A DNA stretch of 63,210 nt, the filler included, from Choristocarpus tenellus KU-1152 (Eukaryota > Protista > Phaeophyceae): NCBI GenBank assembly GCA_964200185.2. It is 13 parts of 13 records of this genome, joined end to end, with 100 filler letters (N's around TTAATTAATTAA, not from the genome) between each part and the next. Parts side by side here need not be neighbours in the genome. Positions count along the whole stretch, not along the records: positions 12,709 to 18,240 come from CAXNAD020010503.1; positions 18,341 to 23,776 come from CAXNAD020010786.1; positions 23,877 to 26,991 come from CAXNAD020022219.1; 10 more parts are not named here. The stretch is one strand, 5' to 3'. Shown here piece by piece: positions 13,146 to 26,975 of the stretch. The number at the start of each line of letters is the position of its first letter. Within the stretch, counting starts at the first letter, position 1. Made by a program: the position numbers and the translations under genes. Below the pieces are notes generated by a model, which made no database searches, was not told where the DNA came from, and saw only the letters and a list, made by a program, of their open reading frames with translations.

Positions 13146-13272
13146 GTACCAGTTAGTCCTTCTGAAGTACCAGATAGTACTACTACATTACCAGCTGGTC
13201 TTTCTGAAGTACCAAACAGTACTGCTACAGTACCAGTTAGTCCCTCTGAAGTATCAAACAGTATTACCAAAG
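13146..13272 (+). repeat. 42-bp minisatellite, about 3 copies
   Basis: Unit ~gtaccagttagtccttctgaagtaccaaacagtactgctaca; the length is a multiple of 3. Confidence 0.85.
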
Positions 13273-15189
13273 TATCAAACACACCAGTTGAGTATCCATA
13301 ACTAATCACACACATTGGCAATTAGGCTAGGTTACAACCTTGACCCATCCGGTCACCTTTCTTACCCACGGCAAGTGACTTCTACTAGAAGCACACAAAC
13401 GCACCCCACAAGCCCTGTGATTGGGGCCAAAAAGATCATACACTGCTGCAGTGGAATGTTAATATTATAGTGGGATAATCTATTGATAACGTATCCCCGT
13501 TGGTCTATGCCTCGCCTGTATCTACTATACCCAGGGGTGTTACATGCCCTAAAAAGATGCCTTCCATCTACGTCACACCCAGCTATTCAGTTGGGCTGCA
13601 GGGTCACGCTGAAACAAAACGAGTGTATACTGCCTGTATATATTAGGGTTAGGGTTAGGGCGATACAACAACAGTCGCCGGTTAGCAGTTGATACTACAG
13701 TACCAACAGCAAACACAATTATTAATGGTTAGAAAACTGATGCGTAATACTTGCTACAAAAAGAAACCAGTGAAATATTGGATACATCCAAGTACAAACT
13801 TCTGGATTTCTCCATTCCATCCTTGACCATTCACGGGCGCTAGTGACAACATAGTATCTTGCACCACATGTTCCATGGGGAGGGGAGAGCTTCCACTGGA
13901 GAGAGTTTAAGGACCCTTCCCTTTGGTCGCATTCCTCATCAACTGATACACCTTGCAATGCCCTGGACAATGAAGTGACCACCCTCACCTCTGCTGATAT
14001 CCCTAAGCTCACGTGGGGTATTCCCCACCAATTCTGACTCAACACCAATAAGCAGCTTGGTCTGTATGAGGCCTTTGACCTCCTCTGGCTCCAGCTCCTG
14101 CAACGATACCCGTACACAACCAATGAGGACACGGGGTGAAGATCTCCTCACTCCCTGTTCGCCTACCTCTCAATTGGTTTGGGTCATTGATGAGCTGGTC
14201 CCAGAAGGTCAATATATTGAGAACTAGGTTCCCTAACCTTACTCGGACCCATATTTAATAGGGGTACCTACTCATTTGACCTACACATGCGAAAACAGGC
14301 CCTTAGAAACGATTGAACCTGGAATGAAGGAGTTGACTGGGGTGGGGTTATCATGATGCACTGTCACACACCTTAAATTCTCCAGGACAGGACACCGAGG
14401 TACTGTGTCCCGTAGTGGGGAAAGAGAATCCAAATATGGCTATGTCCTTGGCAAGATAATTCTTGTGTCTATGCTACTGGATTGATATGCTTAGTTGGGC
14501 GATAATGACACACACTACTGTGTGGTCGAGGAAGAGTAGACAAATCTGCCAATGTATGTGTAGATATCTAAAATACAATGATATTGGTGCAAAAAACGAG
14601 GAAAGCTTTGTATCTTTAATTGCTCACATGGATTTGTTCGGAGCAGTGGTCAGAAGATTGTGTACCCTCATGTTTTCGGACTGAAGGGGTATGTATGAGA
14701 ATTGGGCATATGAGGAAGACTGTTTGTGACTATGTTCTTGACGCCTCTTCATAGAAAATTAGATCTTGTTATCGTTTAGGAACTTTTTGAAGAGTATTTT
14801 CTAAGGTAATGATGTTTGAGCCCTGAAATCGATCGCTCCATAGTTTTCCATCATGTTATCATCAAAAACAGTTCTGCGTATGCAAAAAATGTTTCTGCCA
14901 TGTACTCATTGAAAAGAAGTGTTTCAGTATATCTATTTTTAAAAGAGTCAAAGTAAGCAGAGTTACCCAGGGTTACATTTTAATGATGTTGACAAATATG
15001 TACAAATTTCAGCATTTTGTACAAAAGTCTGTACAGGATTTTCTATACCCTGCCGAAAATTTCAAACCGTAGAGAAATCAACACTTTGAAGTCAATCTTA
15101 GAACTTGTACAAATATGGACAGACTACTCAAAAAGTGACAAGTTTGTGTGCTTCGAACGCGGGAGTTCGAATCTCACTGGTGTCGCCAA

Positions 15190-15390
15190 TATGAATCGTG
15201 TGACTCTATGGGACAGTTCACTGAGGCAAGGCTTGCGAAGAAAATCATCCGACAAGACTGACCACAACTACCAAGACGAATCGTAACTGAGAGGACACGG
15301 TTAAGGTTGGACAAGTGCAACACTGCAAGGACTTGCAGAAAAACTGTGGAGTGATGAGAAGCTTACGAGAGGGGAATCATCACAAAGTTC
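15190..15390 (+). repeat. Dispersed repeat, possible solo LTR (copy 1 of 3)
   Basis: tRtgaatcgtgtgaYtct...ttcactNaggcaagg...cgaagaRaatca is shared with 40793-40990 and 51552-51616. Confidence 0.65.
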
Positions 15391-15609
15391 CCCACTAATG
15401 CACATCTGTGGTTGCAGGGATGTGTATTACTTGGGGGATTGGTTTCTTGTACAAAATCCCCCTCCTCGATTATTTAGAAGATTCTCCACTGGAATCAGAA
15501 CAGCCTGACATGGAAACCTCAGTCGGTATAACGGTATAATGCATACCGCAATAACGGCATAACAACAGACAAACATGGTTTCCACACATGTACTCATTGA
15601 AAAGAAATG

Positions 15610-15675
15610 TTGATGGTAGCTGTCCATTTGGGGTCATTTTTTTCATGTCGCGATTTTTTGGTGATTTGTTCGCAT
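15610..15675 (+). mobile_element. MITE family B internal fragment without TIR
   Basis: gctgtccatttggggtcattttttcatgtcgcgattttttggtgatttgtt. Confidence 0.65.
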
Positions 15676-17002
15676 ACTGGGGAGTTTGTTGGACTCTTGG
15701 GATGCCTCCCTAGCTCCTCCCCCCGGGGCGCAGGAGTAGGTAGATGGGAAGCACAGGAAGGAAGTTGTACAATATTGATCGTGGCGAAGTGACTGATTAG
15801 TGTTTTTCACGCTTTCAGTGTTTTTTTGTGTTTTTCACATTTATGGTATTTTATTTCTATAGGACTTATACTGACATATGTATGTTATGTTATTATGCCC
15901 TCTGATATTATATATGCATATATATATGCATAAAAGCCTGCATCATCACCTCTAATCCTTTCCAGTCCATAATTATCTAGTGTTTAAAGCTTTTTTAAGT
16001 TTTTCCCAAGATGTACCAGGTAGTATCTAAATATTCCGATTGCCTGACGAGCTTAATCCAGAATAACTGAAAAAATAAGATGACTTCACAGAGGTCATTA
16101 ACCTAGCATAAATTGCCAAAGTGGACATCCATTTTCCACAGTAGTCTACGATAGCATGTTCCAGTAGTAGTGCAAGGCACATCCATGCATGGGCATCTCA
16201 ACCACAGCCCAGATTTTTACATTCCCACGAATATCAAGGATACCAAGTTCAGTGTACCACAGTGTGAGAAATTATCGGGAGATCACTCAGACTCCCAGGC
16301 AACCCTCCATAAAGAGTGAGCTTTGCCCAGCTCAAATGTCTACCTCCCACACCTCTTACGAAATAACCATAAGCATGCTTGTGTATCATCTAGAGCTATT
16401 CTTCCCTCTCCACGCAATTTCATTACATGTTCAATACTAACAGCTAAACCTTGGATAAACTCCTCTTGTTCCACATAGCCACCCACTGAAGTTAGACTTC
16501 ACAACCCTAACCGATCGAAAGCAACCAGAGAAATTCAGTCAGCTGTACAGTCTCCGTCTCAAATGCAGTAGAATCCTGACGTCAATTCACCAAGAGGACC
16601 TTTTTTCTGGCTGCGTACCCAGTCACTTGGTTTGATCCTCTCCTCCCCCTCATTTCCTGGCGTCAACTCCAACATAAAACAGAGGTTTAATCAGCTGATA
16701 GAGGTCTAGTAAACTGTTGTCGAGGTTTTTTTAATGGTCCTCCAAGGCAAACGAAATCATTTTGTGTGGTTCCTCCAGCTTCTCATTGCCATGACCAGCA
16801 CTGTCAGTAACAATGGCAGCTATTCACCTCTGCCATCCAGTCAGCACACTATAGTAGACATTTTTCAGTAATAGGGACACCCATGAAGGTGATGCTATTG
16901 CTGTTGTAGTTACTGGATGCTCTGACTACCAATTGTATGCCTCACTTCGATGTTATTCCATGCTTTGCCCTACTTCGCCTGTGTGGTCTGAGCAGAAACT
17001 TA

Positions 17003-17261
17003 GAGTTAAAATATCTTAGAGGGCAGAGCCGCATCCGTTTGGGAGTCAAAATCCAATGTTCCGATTTTGATGTAATTTTGGCTATAGTGTTTGTTAAAAA
17101 GTGTCAATATCCTTGTTCCGGACACACCTTTTCATAACATACAGATTTTACCTACTCCGAAACATATCGGAATAGGAAAATGCAAAAAAAAAAACTTGGG
17201 AAGCCAAGCCCCAAACGGACAAAACAGGGCAAAACTCGTACCCTCTAAGACACTTTCACCC
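17003..17261 (+). mobile_element. MITE family A, full length (259 bp)
   Basis: TIRs gagttaaaatatcttagaggg / ccctctaagacactttcaccc. Flanks are tta/ttt, an imperfect 3-bp TSD. Confidence 0.92.
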
Positions 17262-19259
17262 TTTGGGTCAGAAGTGTTCTCAACTCTCACAATTTCTAAA
17301 ACTGCAAGGACCACCCCTGATTCGAGCAACACTTCGAATCAGACTCCCACTTTGGGTAGGTGGGTCCTTGTATATTTTTCCATCCTAGAAATACCTCTTC
17401 ATCCTACCAAGGCAAGTCCAGCAATTTTGGCTAAGGTATGCCCCTCAACCTCCACGAAAAAGACTGCAGTACTTCAAGATATTGCAGCATGCTGTAAGCA
17501 GTGAAAACCCCCCCAACCACAGTAGTATCATATTTCTAAAAAAATAGCAATGAAGCTAAAAGGACCGGCTCATACTATATGAACCCTTTCCGCATTTACG
17601 AAAATAAAACAAACTGCACATGTTTCCAAGCCCCTGGAACACTCAAGCACCATTAATACTTTTCCTTCTAACCAATTGCTCTGTAAATGAAGCAGAGCCA
17701 GAGTTTCCTGCAAGTCCCTCCATAAGTAAAGCTTGCAACACCAAGCCGCCCTGATAAGTTTCCAAACGCTTCAAACACGCTTCAAACATGTTGCACCATT
17801 ACAGGGGTAATGAAAAGGAGTCTTACCCTCCCCCACCTGTAATACTACATCAGTACCAGAAGTTCACTATACAAACCTGCATGAATACCTCCGCCCATTC
17901 CCCAAAAAATTCATGCCCGTCCTCAGTTGTCAAATCCTGAGAATGTTCTTGTCGATCCAATGGAATCATTCACAAGATCAATAACATTCACGGCATACCC
18001 TCTCTTCATGGTCAAATCAAATCAATCAATCTTCGATCCACTGGGCCTTCAAAGTTGCCACGGATCATACACAAACACTTGCTTGCAACACCAATAGCAC
18101 TACTCCTTCATCCTCTCTTCTCCTTCCCCTCCCCCTCTTCCCCTCTCTCTTCCCCCCTCCCCTACATCCTCACCAACCAAGCCCATCCCATCAATAACAG
18201 AAGACACCACCGTCGCATCTCCAAGCGCTTCTTGCCCCCCNNNNNNNNNNNNNNNNNNNNNNNNNNNNNNNNNNNNNNNNNNNNTTAATTAATTAANNNN
18301 NNNNNNNNNNNNNNNNNNNNNNNNNNNNNNNNNNNNNNNNGTGTGTCGGAGATCCCAAAAAGGAACCTGTCCCTGACAATCATGACCTCCTAACAATTAA
18401 ATAAAAAATATACAAAGAGAGTCAACAAAGTTGACATGAGAGTCAATGACTCTCCATTTGCACTATAAAGACTGACTGGTCCGTAATACCGACCGAGATT
18501 TTCTACCGACAATAACTGACAACACAAGGTTGCACGTTTTCATCTTCCCTATCTTCGCTTTTCAGTTTTGAGGGTACAACTCCGAGGTTTCTATGTCCAG
18601 GCTCACGTCAGACGGTATGCGTGCCAGTTTCTGGGTTATCTTGTGTATAAAGAACATATAAGAAATATTCAGAAACACCGTGCTCCAGCTTAATCTATAT
18701 TGATGTTTAATCGCTCAGAAATGTTGAGGTACTTTTGAACGAAACCTTTGCATTTCCACATCTGTAGGTTCCTTTCTTTAGTTTGATGCCTGCAGCAAGA
18801 CTATATTGATGATTTTTTGGATTTGTCAACGAGGAGAAAATCTGTCGCAAGTATCTGTCTGTAGAGCTTGCGCATAAAGTCAACATTTCGTCGAACCAGT
18901 TCCTAGTGCTGTTTTGGTCGATGTGTACTCCCTGGGTCTTGCCTCAACTTCAGAGGGTTATTCTGCCACATTTTTGGTGTTGTATCTCCAAAACCACACC
19001 AATGAAGGTAGTGTGGAGGAGTGTGGAAGTGTAGAAGTCCTTTAAACCACTCCAGATATGCTTTTCTACTGTGATGCACATCTCCAACCAACAGGGACTT
19101 GTAGACCACGGGAATGACCCTCGAAGCATGTTTCGGACTAGGACATTAAGCACCTAGAAACCTATGTACGACATGTATTGCACGTAGTCGGGATGTCTGA
19201 CCTAACACAGTACCAAAATCTCTTCACACCTGCCCCTCCTCACACCAACAGCCCGGTCT

Positions 19260-22115
19260 TCAAACTGGCGAAGTTGCGGTGACCACCGACGTGCACGGCC
19301 TCCTCGCTTGTTCAAGGGCCCCCTTTTAATTGTTGTGGCACTTCTATTGACCCCCTGTGCCTCTGCGGGGGGGTTCTCGTCACTGTGGTGGGCTCCTTGG
19401 GGTGGTTGGATGGGGAATGAAGGAATTGGTGCAGACGGTGCCAGTAGACGATGGAGGTTCCGGCAGTGGAGACTGGAGAAGGTTCCGCCGATGGTGCTTG
19501 CGGTAAAGGAGATCGTCGGGAAGGGCTTAGGGCAGGGTCTGGCGGAAGCGGAATTGGCTAGTGCACCGCTGATATGTCCGGCTGTCGAGGCGAGAAACGT
19601 CACGTTGAGAAAGCTCCACGAAGCGATCGATTTGTGTGAGTGAGGTGGTTGCTGGAATCGCAAGTATGTGTTCTTTTATTCGCTTGTGCGAAGAAAATCG
19701 ATCAAATGTGTGCTGAAATGATCCTACTCTGATGTAGATGGTGCAATTCAAGTATAGGCATGGAGTGGTCCTGTTCCAAACTATGTGAAACATTAGGCTA
19801 CGTCTCAATAGTTAGTCCAGAGCACACACTCTATTAAAACCAACCTAGACTACAAAGGTTGATGTGAGTGAGAGAAGTTTAATTGGAAATGGGCTAAGTG
19901 TTCCACTGTTGAAGAGTTTTGTGTGGATTTTAGATTATCAGAGAGAAAATCAATATCACCACACTACAATACACAGTATAGTTCGAAAATTTGAGTATTT
20001 TTCTATTTTCATATCAATAGTGCTTTATAGGAGGATTTGTGTCTCTTACAAGAGTGATTTAAACCGTGTGATATCCAAAATCACTCAAATCTATAATTTT
20101 TTGAGAGAACAAGTTTGTAGAAACAAAGTTGCTGTGATGGTTCCTTCAGAGTGAATGTTCAAAGTAGTTTGGCATCCACCCACTACCACAAGGGCTGTTG
20201 TTTTTCCTTTCATTTTTTGATGCACTGTCTTGACCCAGAACATTTCCGCCTTCCTCGTTGTGCTTGTCTACTTATTTTATCTTTACGTTTGTTCATATAT
20301 TTGTTCAAGATAGCATTAACAATTTGAAGGTATTCTCATTCAGCATTGTTCAGTGTCTCAATCTCAATTGTGTCACACATAACACAAGAGATGGGGGGTT
20401 ATCCTTTATGATGTCCATTCGTGATACCTATGGATTTAATTAGAACAGTTTCACTGTCCCTCATTAAACTGGGAGGACCATAACAAATGTAGTAGGAGGG
20501 GCTACACCAGTGCTGCTCTCTGTTGTCCTCTTGTAGCAATATACAACTAAGTTTCATGATCCGATTATGCATTGCATTGGTATGAAATGATGTGCAAGTG
20601 TTACTAGCTCAGAAGAATGACACGTGAGGGAATGTTATTGGAATGAGGTAGAAATGGCTTATTTTCATGATTTTGATGACCTGTCATTTGGTGGGGTGAT
20701 GTCCTTTGGTGAAGGGGTGGGGGGGGGAGGGCGGGGGGCGAAGCTAGGAAATGTCGTATAAGAGATGATGGTTAGTTCTATTTTGCATGTGCAATATGAC
20801 AGATGATGGGATTATTTGTTTTTTCGCAAGTTTTGTGGTGTGTGGTTTGATGTGATGTGATGTGAATCTTTTTGGTTTGAAAACCTGAGATACTCTTTTC
20901 CGCTTGTGTTCTGCCAAGCATAGCATGCATGTCCCCGACTCTGGGAGGGACCTGGAATTTTTTGAGTAATGAAAAATGTTATAGATGAAGTGTATGGTAG
21001 CTCCCTCCTTGCCAAGTGGTGCTGACTGATGATGTGACTCCAATGGTAAACCATGAAATGTTGTATCATCTTGTTTTTTATTTTTTCAGGTGCATCCCCG
21101 TACTTCAGACTCCCAACAATACACCCTAGCCAGCTGGTGAGTGAAACCTTTTGGGTTCAGAGTGTGTTTGTACCACTGTGTCATTTTATGAATTTCTTTG
21201 TTCACATAACAAAGGGTACCTTTCACCTGACAGTGTTGTAAAATCACAGGAAGACAGTGGTGTGGCCTATGCATGCATGTATGTGAGTATGTATTATGTA
21301 ATATGTATGTGTGTAGGTTTAGAGTGTGCTTTGGTTGTATGCATGTGTATGGTGATTTTTGTATGGGCAGACTTGCACTGACGTTATTGCAGTTGTGTGT
21401 CCATTGTGTACTGTGTACTTGAAGTATAATACTGGAACTTTAAACACTAATTCTCAGTGCTTCAGAGTATATTCCCTATGTAATTCTAACCAAAATGCCG
21501 AGCTCTTTGAATTGTATACACTTACTCCTATGTAATCTTAGGTCTATCTTGGGTACGACAGAAGTGATTTGGAATTCTGCGCCAAGATGTGGATCGTTCA
21601 CTTGTTATCTGTCTACATATGTGATTGTTTTTCTCATTACAGCACACACCAATTGGACATCAAAAAAATCCTGGAGAAAAAACAACTCCATTTTTCATGG
21701 AACGGGATGGGCAGGACATGTCCATACCCCATCAATGCTCCTCCTCCCCCCCCCCCAACTCTTCTCCACCCCCCACCCTTGTTTTGCTTGTTGCTGTACA
21801 TTGTTTTATTTTTTCGTGATGATACAAACTACTCATGCAATTTGTGACAAGGTTTGGACAGATGTTGATCCCTCAAAAGACAAGATTAGTGGTGATGGAC
21901 AGGGGGAGGGGGAGGGCAAGGAGGACAGGCAGACTGTGGAGGAGGAGGACGAGGTTTGGGGGGGGGAGAGGGAGGGAGATTTCTGGTCAGCGGAGGATGA
22001 TGAGGAGGACTGGGTAGAGGAGACTGATGGGGAGGTGGAGAGATTGGAGGAGTGGGAATGGAAAGAGAACAGTGCAAACCCGGATCATTTCCTGGGAATA
22101 TTCTTGTCCTTGAAG
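19260..22115 (+). CDS. Unassigned multi-exon gene fragment (hydrophobic N-terminal segment, acidic low-complexity exon)
   Basis: Candidate exons are ~19260-19636 (LLIVVALLLTPCASAGG...), 21090-21136 and 21852-22115 (E/D-rich), each ending in a GTGAG donor. No family recognised. Confidence 0.4.
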
Positions 22116-23107
22116 GTGAGATGTGAGATTCTTGGAACTGCAATAAGATTGTGGTGGACCATGGAAGATTTGCAGGGTAAGGGAGGGAGGGACCTATTGA
22201 GTTAATGTGGATTGCGGCCTAACTTGTTGGGTGTATGCTGTTGTGATGTCACTCTCTTGGTACGACTCACTATTTCCTGGCAGGGGTTACCTATAGGTTC
22301 AGAGTTTTAATATTTCCTGGCACTATTCAGTGAAGCGCCATTATGGAGGTTAGAGTTAGGATTGGGGTTTTATTCTCCTCGATATTATCACTATTAAAGG
22401 TCAAGTGAAGTACTGATGGAATGCTGCTGGAGATGACGTAATCGTTCATGCCCATGCTGTTTTTTTCGTGGAGTGGGTAGGATGAAAGAGATACAAGTTA
22501 TCTATCACACAGGCAAATATTCTTTGTGGAGACCAAAAAATGTCTGCTATCTCTGGTATCGCCCAAGTTAACCGGTGGAATAGTTCTTTTGCTCTCCAAC
22601 TGATCTCTGGTTAGTATCAAATCGAAAACATGGATGAACAGGCTCTAATCCTGTTTTTAGTACTAACGATAATAATAATAATCTTGATATTATTCAAACA
22701 ATAATAATTCTCAATTTTTCTAACGATGGGATGCAACTTTTCAGAGAATGTGGTTGACTTCTGCTCTCATTTTTCCATGCAGGTTTTACATTTTTTTCCT
22801 CTCCGGAATCTACTCCATAATGCTTCCTGTTTCTCCTCAAACAACCATGTGAAAAACATAATTGTGTCAATAGCTCAAACATTCTAATGGGGTTTTAGGG
22901 TTATTGGCTCTGCCAGGTGTAAGAGGGCGAGAGAGAGCTCTCTCTCTCTCTTTTTCTATTTTTTAAAACTAATAAAATTAAAATAGTACATCTTTTTTGT
23001 CCTCTTCTTCATGTTCTACTTGGGTGCTCGAGGAAATTCCCGTAGTTTAATTAATTTGATATTTGTATTGATATACCAAGTACTGGGTGTTAAGTATAAT
23101 AGGAGTC

Positions 23108-23143
23108 AGGGTTAGGGTTAGGGTTAGGGTTAGGGTTAGGGTT
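23108..23143 (+). repeat. Interstitial telomere-like repeat (AGGGTT)6
   Basis: Six perfect units inside the contig. Confidence 0.9.
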
Positions 23144-24999
23144 GGAGTTCATTTACTGATTTTTTTCATTTTGTTCTGGTGACATTATTATCACGTATTA
23201 ATAAATATATATATTTGTGCTTCCTGCTAGAGGAATTTTGTTTAACGAAAGTTGTCAGACCTGCGTTGTTAGGAACGATGTGATTGGTCTAGCGTTCAGT
23301 TTGGTGACATCACAGGGACTACTGTCCGGAACAGTGCGATGCTATTGGTCGATGTGAGACGCCAGCGGCGCAGGGTGAACAACGCCTGTTTGTTTCTGGG
23401 TCCTTACCTTATATCTGGGTGGTGCTATTTGTCACTGCTGTTAAAACCATTAATTAGATTATTGCAATGTGAACTCTTGGTATGTGTTTAAGATTATATT
23501 GGTATGTCAATCGCTTCAAAATGTTCTGATATTTGGCTTTTTGCTGACATCAAATTGCTGCTGCAACTCCCAAGTGACTTGCGGTTGAGTTGCTTTCTAT
23601 GATTCAAAGCTTGGTGTAGATAATCGAGGTTGATTCAAGGCTTGGGTATTTTGAAACACATGAACGTAGATTTGTCATGCTGATTTCTCCAGGGTTGCTG
23701 TGAACCAAACGATGGAAGTATGGGTTGTGCGATAACTCTCTGTTGAAAATGAGATGCTGGCTCAAATTTCAGGGGGNNNNNNNNNNNNNNNNNNNNNNNN
23801 NNNNNNNNNNNNNNNNNNNNTTAATTAATTAANNNNNNNNNNNNNNNNNNNNNNNNNNNNNNNNNNNNNNNNNNNNTTAACCCATGGATTCCAACAATGA
23901 CCAACAATCCCCTCGTTTCCTTTGAGAACGGATCCTCAAAAGTCGTAAGGCACAGTCAAGATCAATATATGTCCGACCAGATAAGAGTATATACTTTTAT
24001 TTGGAAAAATTCAACTCCAACTAACCCCAAACCAGGTCAACAAATATCCTTGTCTAACCTGGGAAAATTTCCCAAGGGTCACAGAACACCATCAGAGTCA
24101 GATTGCCCTTGGCCTAGTCTGAGTATACATTTACTCTCTCTGAAACACAACTTCAAAATTTGCAAAGTATATATATCTCTGAGATGGCCTAAAATGAATG
24201 GGTCCCCAGTTCCAATTAATCTAATCAAAAATGTGATTAATTTATCCACGTTCCCTTCAGGGTGTCCATAAGGTCACACAATGCAATCTCCATTAAATTG
24301 TCTGGTCTAATGCGAGTATGGACTTGTTTTTTTTGAACTGGACCTTCAAAACTTACAAAATATATAGCTCTGATTGGGCGTACAATTCGTGAATCTTCCG
24401 CTCCATTCTTCCCGGTTATATAAATGCAAGTCCTATCAAGGATTAGACTTCTAGTATTCATGACCTATGAGCATCTGATTATTGCCTGTCATATGCCCCC
24501 CAAGGACAAAGCATACTCGAGGCTGCTAGTGCGCAAAACAGGCAATGAAGAAAATAAAAATAAATAAAGAAGGGTCATTGAGAGCAACAAATGGTACTAA
24601 TAATAGATAAAGAGAAGAAATAAGAATAAATTGGGCAAAAGATAGAACATAATAATTAAAAAAAATGTGTGGATGATGAGGGTAACAAAGTGGAAACTGA
24701 ATAGTAAATAAAATAAAATAAAGGCACAATAAGTAGAAAGGAAAAAAAAAGTCAGTAAATAAGGAGAGTAACAACTATCAAAAGAAAATGAAAATAAAAA
24801 TCAGGGGATGATGGGATGAGAACTAAAAAAAATACATTAGAAAAACAGAAGTGAGATATAGAAGATATAAAAAATAGAGAATTCAAGATCACAGAGAGTT
24901 GTTACAACATAGAAAAGAGGAAAATAAACAAAAAAAAATGAAAAAGTAGTGAGTTCAGTGCTTGTCTTTTCTAAGGACTTCAGCCTCTACAACCGATGT

Positions 25000-26400
25000 A
25001 TATTAATGTGTGGTAAAATGTAGGCAGCTTCTTCATTCCAACTTCTGCTGTCTTATGTTCCTTTCAGTGACTATGATTATCATTTGCTTTAATCTTTTGT
25101 TCGAGCATGTACCGGCCGAACCTCACCTTGTCCTTCAGGCATACAGTTGTTACCTGTTGGGAGGTCTTCTGGAAGAGGCACTCGTTTCTCTCCTGCTGAA
25201 TTCCCCCTACCTCCATCCTTCAACCATACCCTCCAATAGAGTGACTTGAACTCACAAACTGGACCCTGTCCTACCAATCTCTTCAGCTTTCATCCTTCCA
25301 CAATGTTTGACACTAATACCTATAGGGAAGAGACGTAACACATCCTATCGAGGCAAAAGTTGTTCTTGGGTGGAAACATTAGTTGGGCATGGTCTTGTGT
25401 TAGGGTTGTGAAGGTCCTAGAAGGCATAATAAACATCCAACTGTGGTAAGGTAAAGCTGTCCGTTTCTTTTGTTTAGTTACCTAGTCTCACAACTATCCA
25501 TCTTAGAAGTTTCCTTTGTATTACAATGTCATTAGCTAAGGTCTGACAAGGGTACATTGTTACTGCTCGATCTTGGTGCTGGAGTGTTGACAAAAGGTAC
25601 CTATGGTGGCAGTGGTAATAGTTGGGAACATTGACCTTCTCTCAATGACAGTTCACTCTAGTGTTGTGTACAAAATGTTGCTCCTAAAAATATATCGTAT
25701 GGTAGCCCCACCATTATCCTACAACCCATATTGCACACCTTTTCCTCTGGGCAAAACGCTATTAGAAGTTTGCATGACCTCAGTACCAGCACTGGTAGAA
25801 TATTGCAGCCTCTCTGGGGTTTGCTGCATTTAAGGAACCTTTGCCTGCCATGTTGAGCTGCGGTAAGCAATTTTCACGAAAATAGATGAGACCTGCACCT
25901 GTGTCAAGGAGTAGCTGGACAAGCATTCTCGAGTGGACTCTGTGTGGGTGACATATCAGGGCACATGTCGATACTTGACTAGTACAATGGTCGGTGTCAT
26001 GGTAAATATTATCGAGGTGTGAATGAAAGTCTTATGTCTATAGTTGGAATGACATGGATCGCTGGGGCTTCAGACTCCATGGCGCAACTTCAAGACGACT
26101 CTGCAGCGTCCGAAACGGTTGGGCTTCTCGCGGATAGTGGAGTGAGAGGTTCGAGTCTTGTATCGCTGCTACGTACTGGAGACGTGTATCCATTAAGGAT
26201 ATCATCGTACGCGTCACTGCAGTAGATTTTATACCATGGGGTCCTCGGTGGGTTCCCGAAAAGGTATGAGAGGATTCCTCTGGGAGCTAACGAGTCGCCT
26301 TGTGTATACCTGCACTCGTCAGTTATAGACGTGAAGCAGTTTTGACTACAGGCATGATGAAAGCAAACTCGGTGTGCCTTTAGCCGTATGTCAACTTCGT
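25000..26400 (-). mobile_element. Decayed LTR retrotransposon gag/protease relic (Gypsy-like)
   Basis: The minus strand at ~25885-25920 reads VQLLLDTGAGLIY, a retroviral-type aspartic protease D-T-G-A motif. Surrounding frames are broken and boundaries approximate. Confidence 0.55.
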
Positions 26401-26798
26401 CTTGTGGAGGTAGGAGATGGAGGTAAGCCTATACCCAAATCGTGCCGACTCCTATCGTTCACCCTGTCTGTGGCTAAAGCAGGTGGGGATCAAAGCACCT
26501 GCTGGGGAACGGATGTGACTGGTCGAACAGTTTTTAAATGCATTATTTTTCTTTCTTTTTTTTATTTGAGCGAACGAGGTACCGTGTTTGCCGGGAACAG
26601 AGGAAGGTTCAGTATTTAAGGCAGTACAGACAGCTGGCTAGAAATTCTGGGTTACCACATGTTGAATCGGTGCAAGGGCTGCCAGTACACAGTTGACAAC
26701 CTATCTGTATAACAGTGAAGTTTGCCTTAATACCTCTTCGAGTATGGACGTCCTATTGTGGTGATATAGTCCCAGTTTCTGCCTGACAATCGGGGTTT

Positions 26799-26975
26799 GG
26801 GTCAAAGTATCTGGGGAGGGGGTAGTGGTTTGTGAGGGGGCGTCCGTTTCGGTCAAAGAACTCTTTTTTTTGCTGACATTTCAAATCCGACACGTGCGAC
26901 CAAAACACACTAAAAACGTGAAACTCGAAAAAGGGTGAAAAATGGACGCCGACCCCCCCCCATATACTTTGAGAC
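26799..26975 (+). mobile_element. MITE family C, full length (177 bp)
   Basis: TIRs gggtcaaagtatctgggg / cccccatatactttgagac; 3-bp TSD ttt/ttt. Confidence 0.9.

Noticed and set aside
17003-17261. MITEs as Introner-type intron-generating elements
   Set aside because: No copy interrupts a host exon in this window, and the termini do not supply consistent GT/AG splice sites.
16937-17504. Recurring ORF peptides such as KYLRG, LPSKILWL, SVNILVP and GQNSYPLRYF in many ORFs
   Set aside because: They are translations of the non-coding MITE family A, not a protein family.
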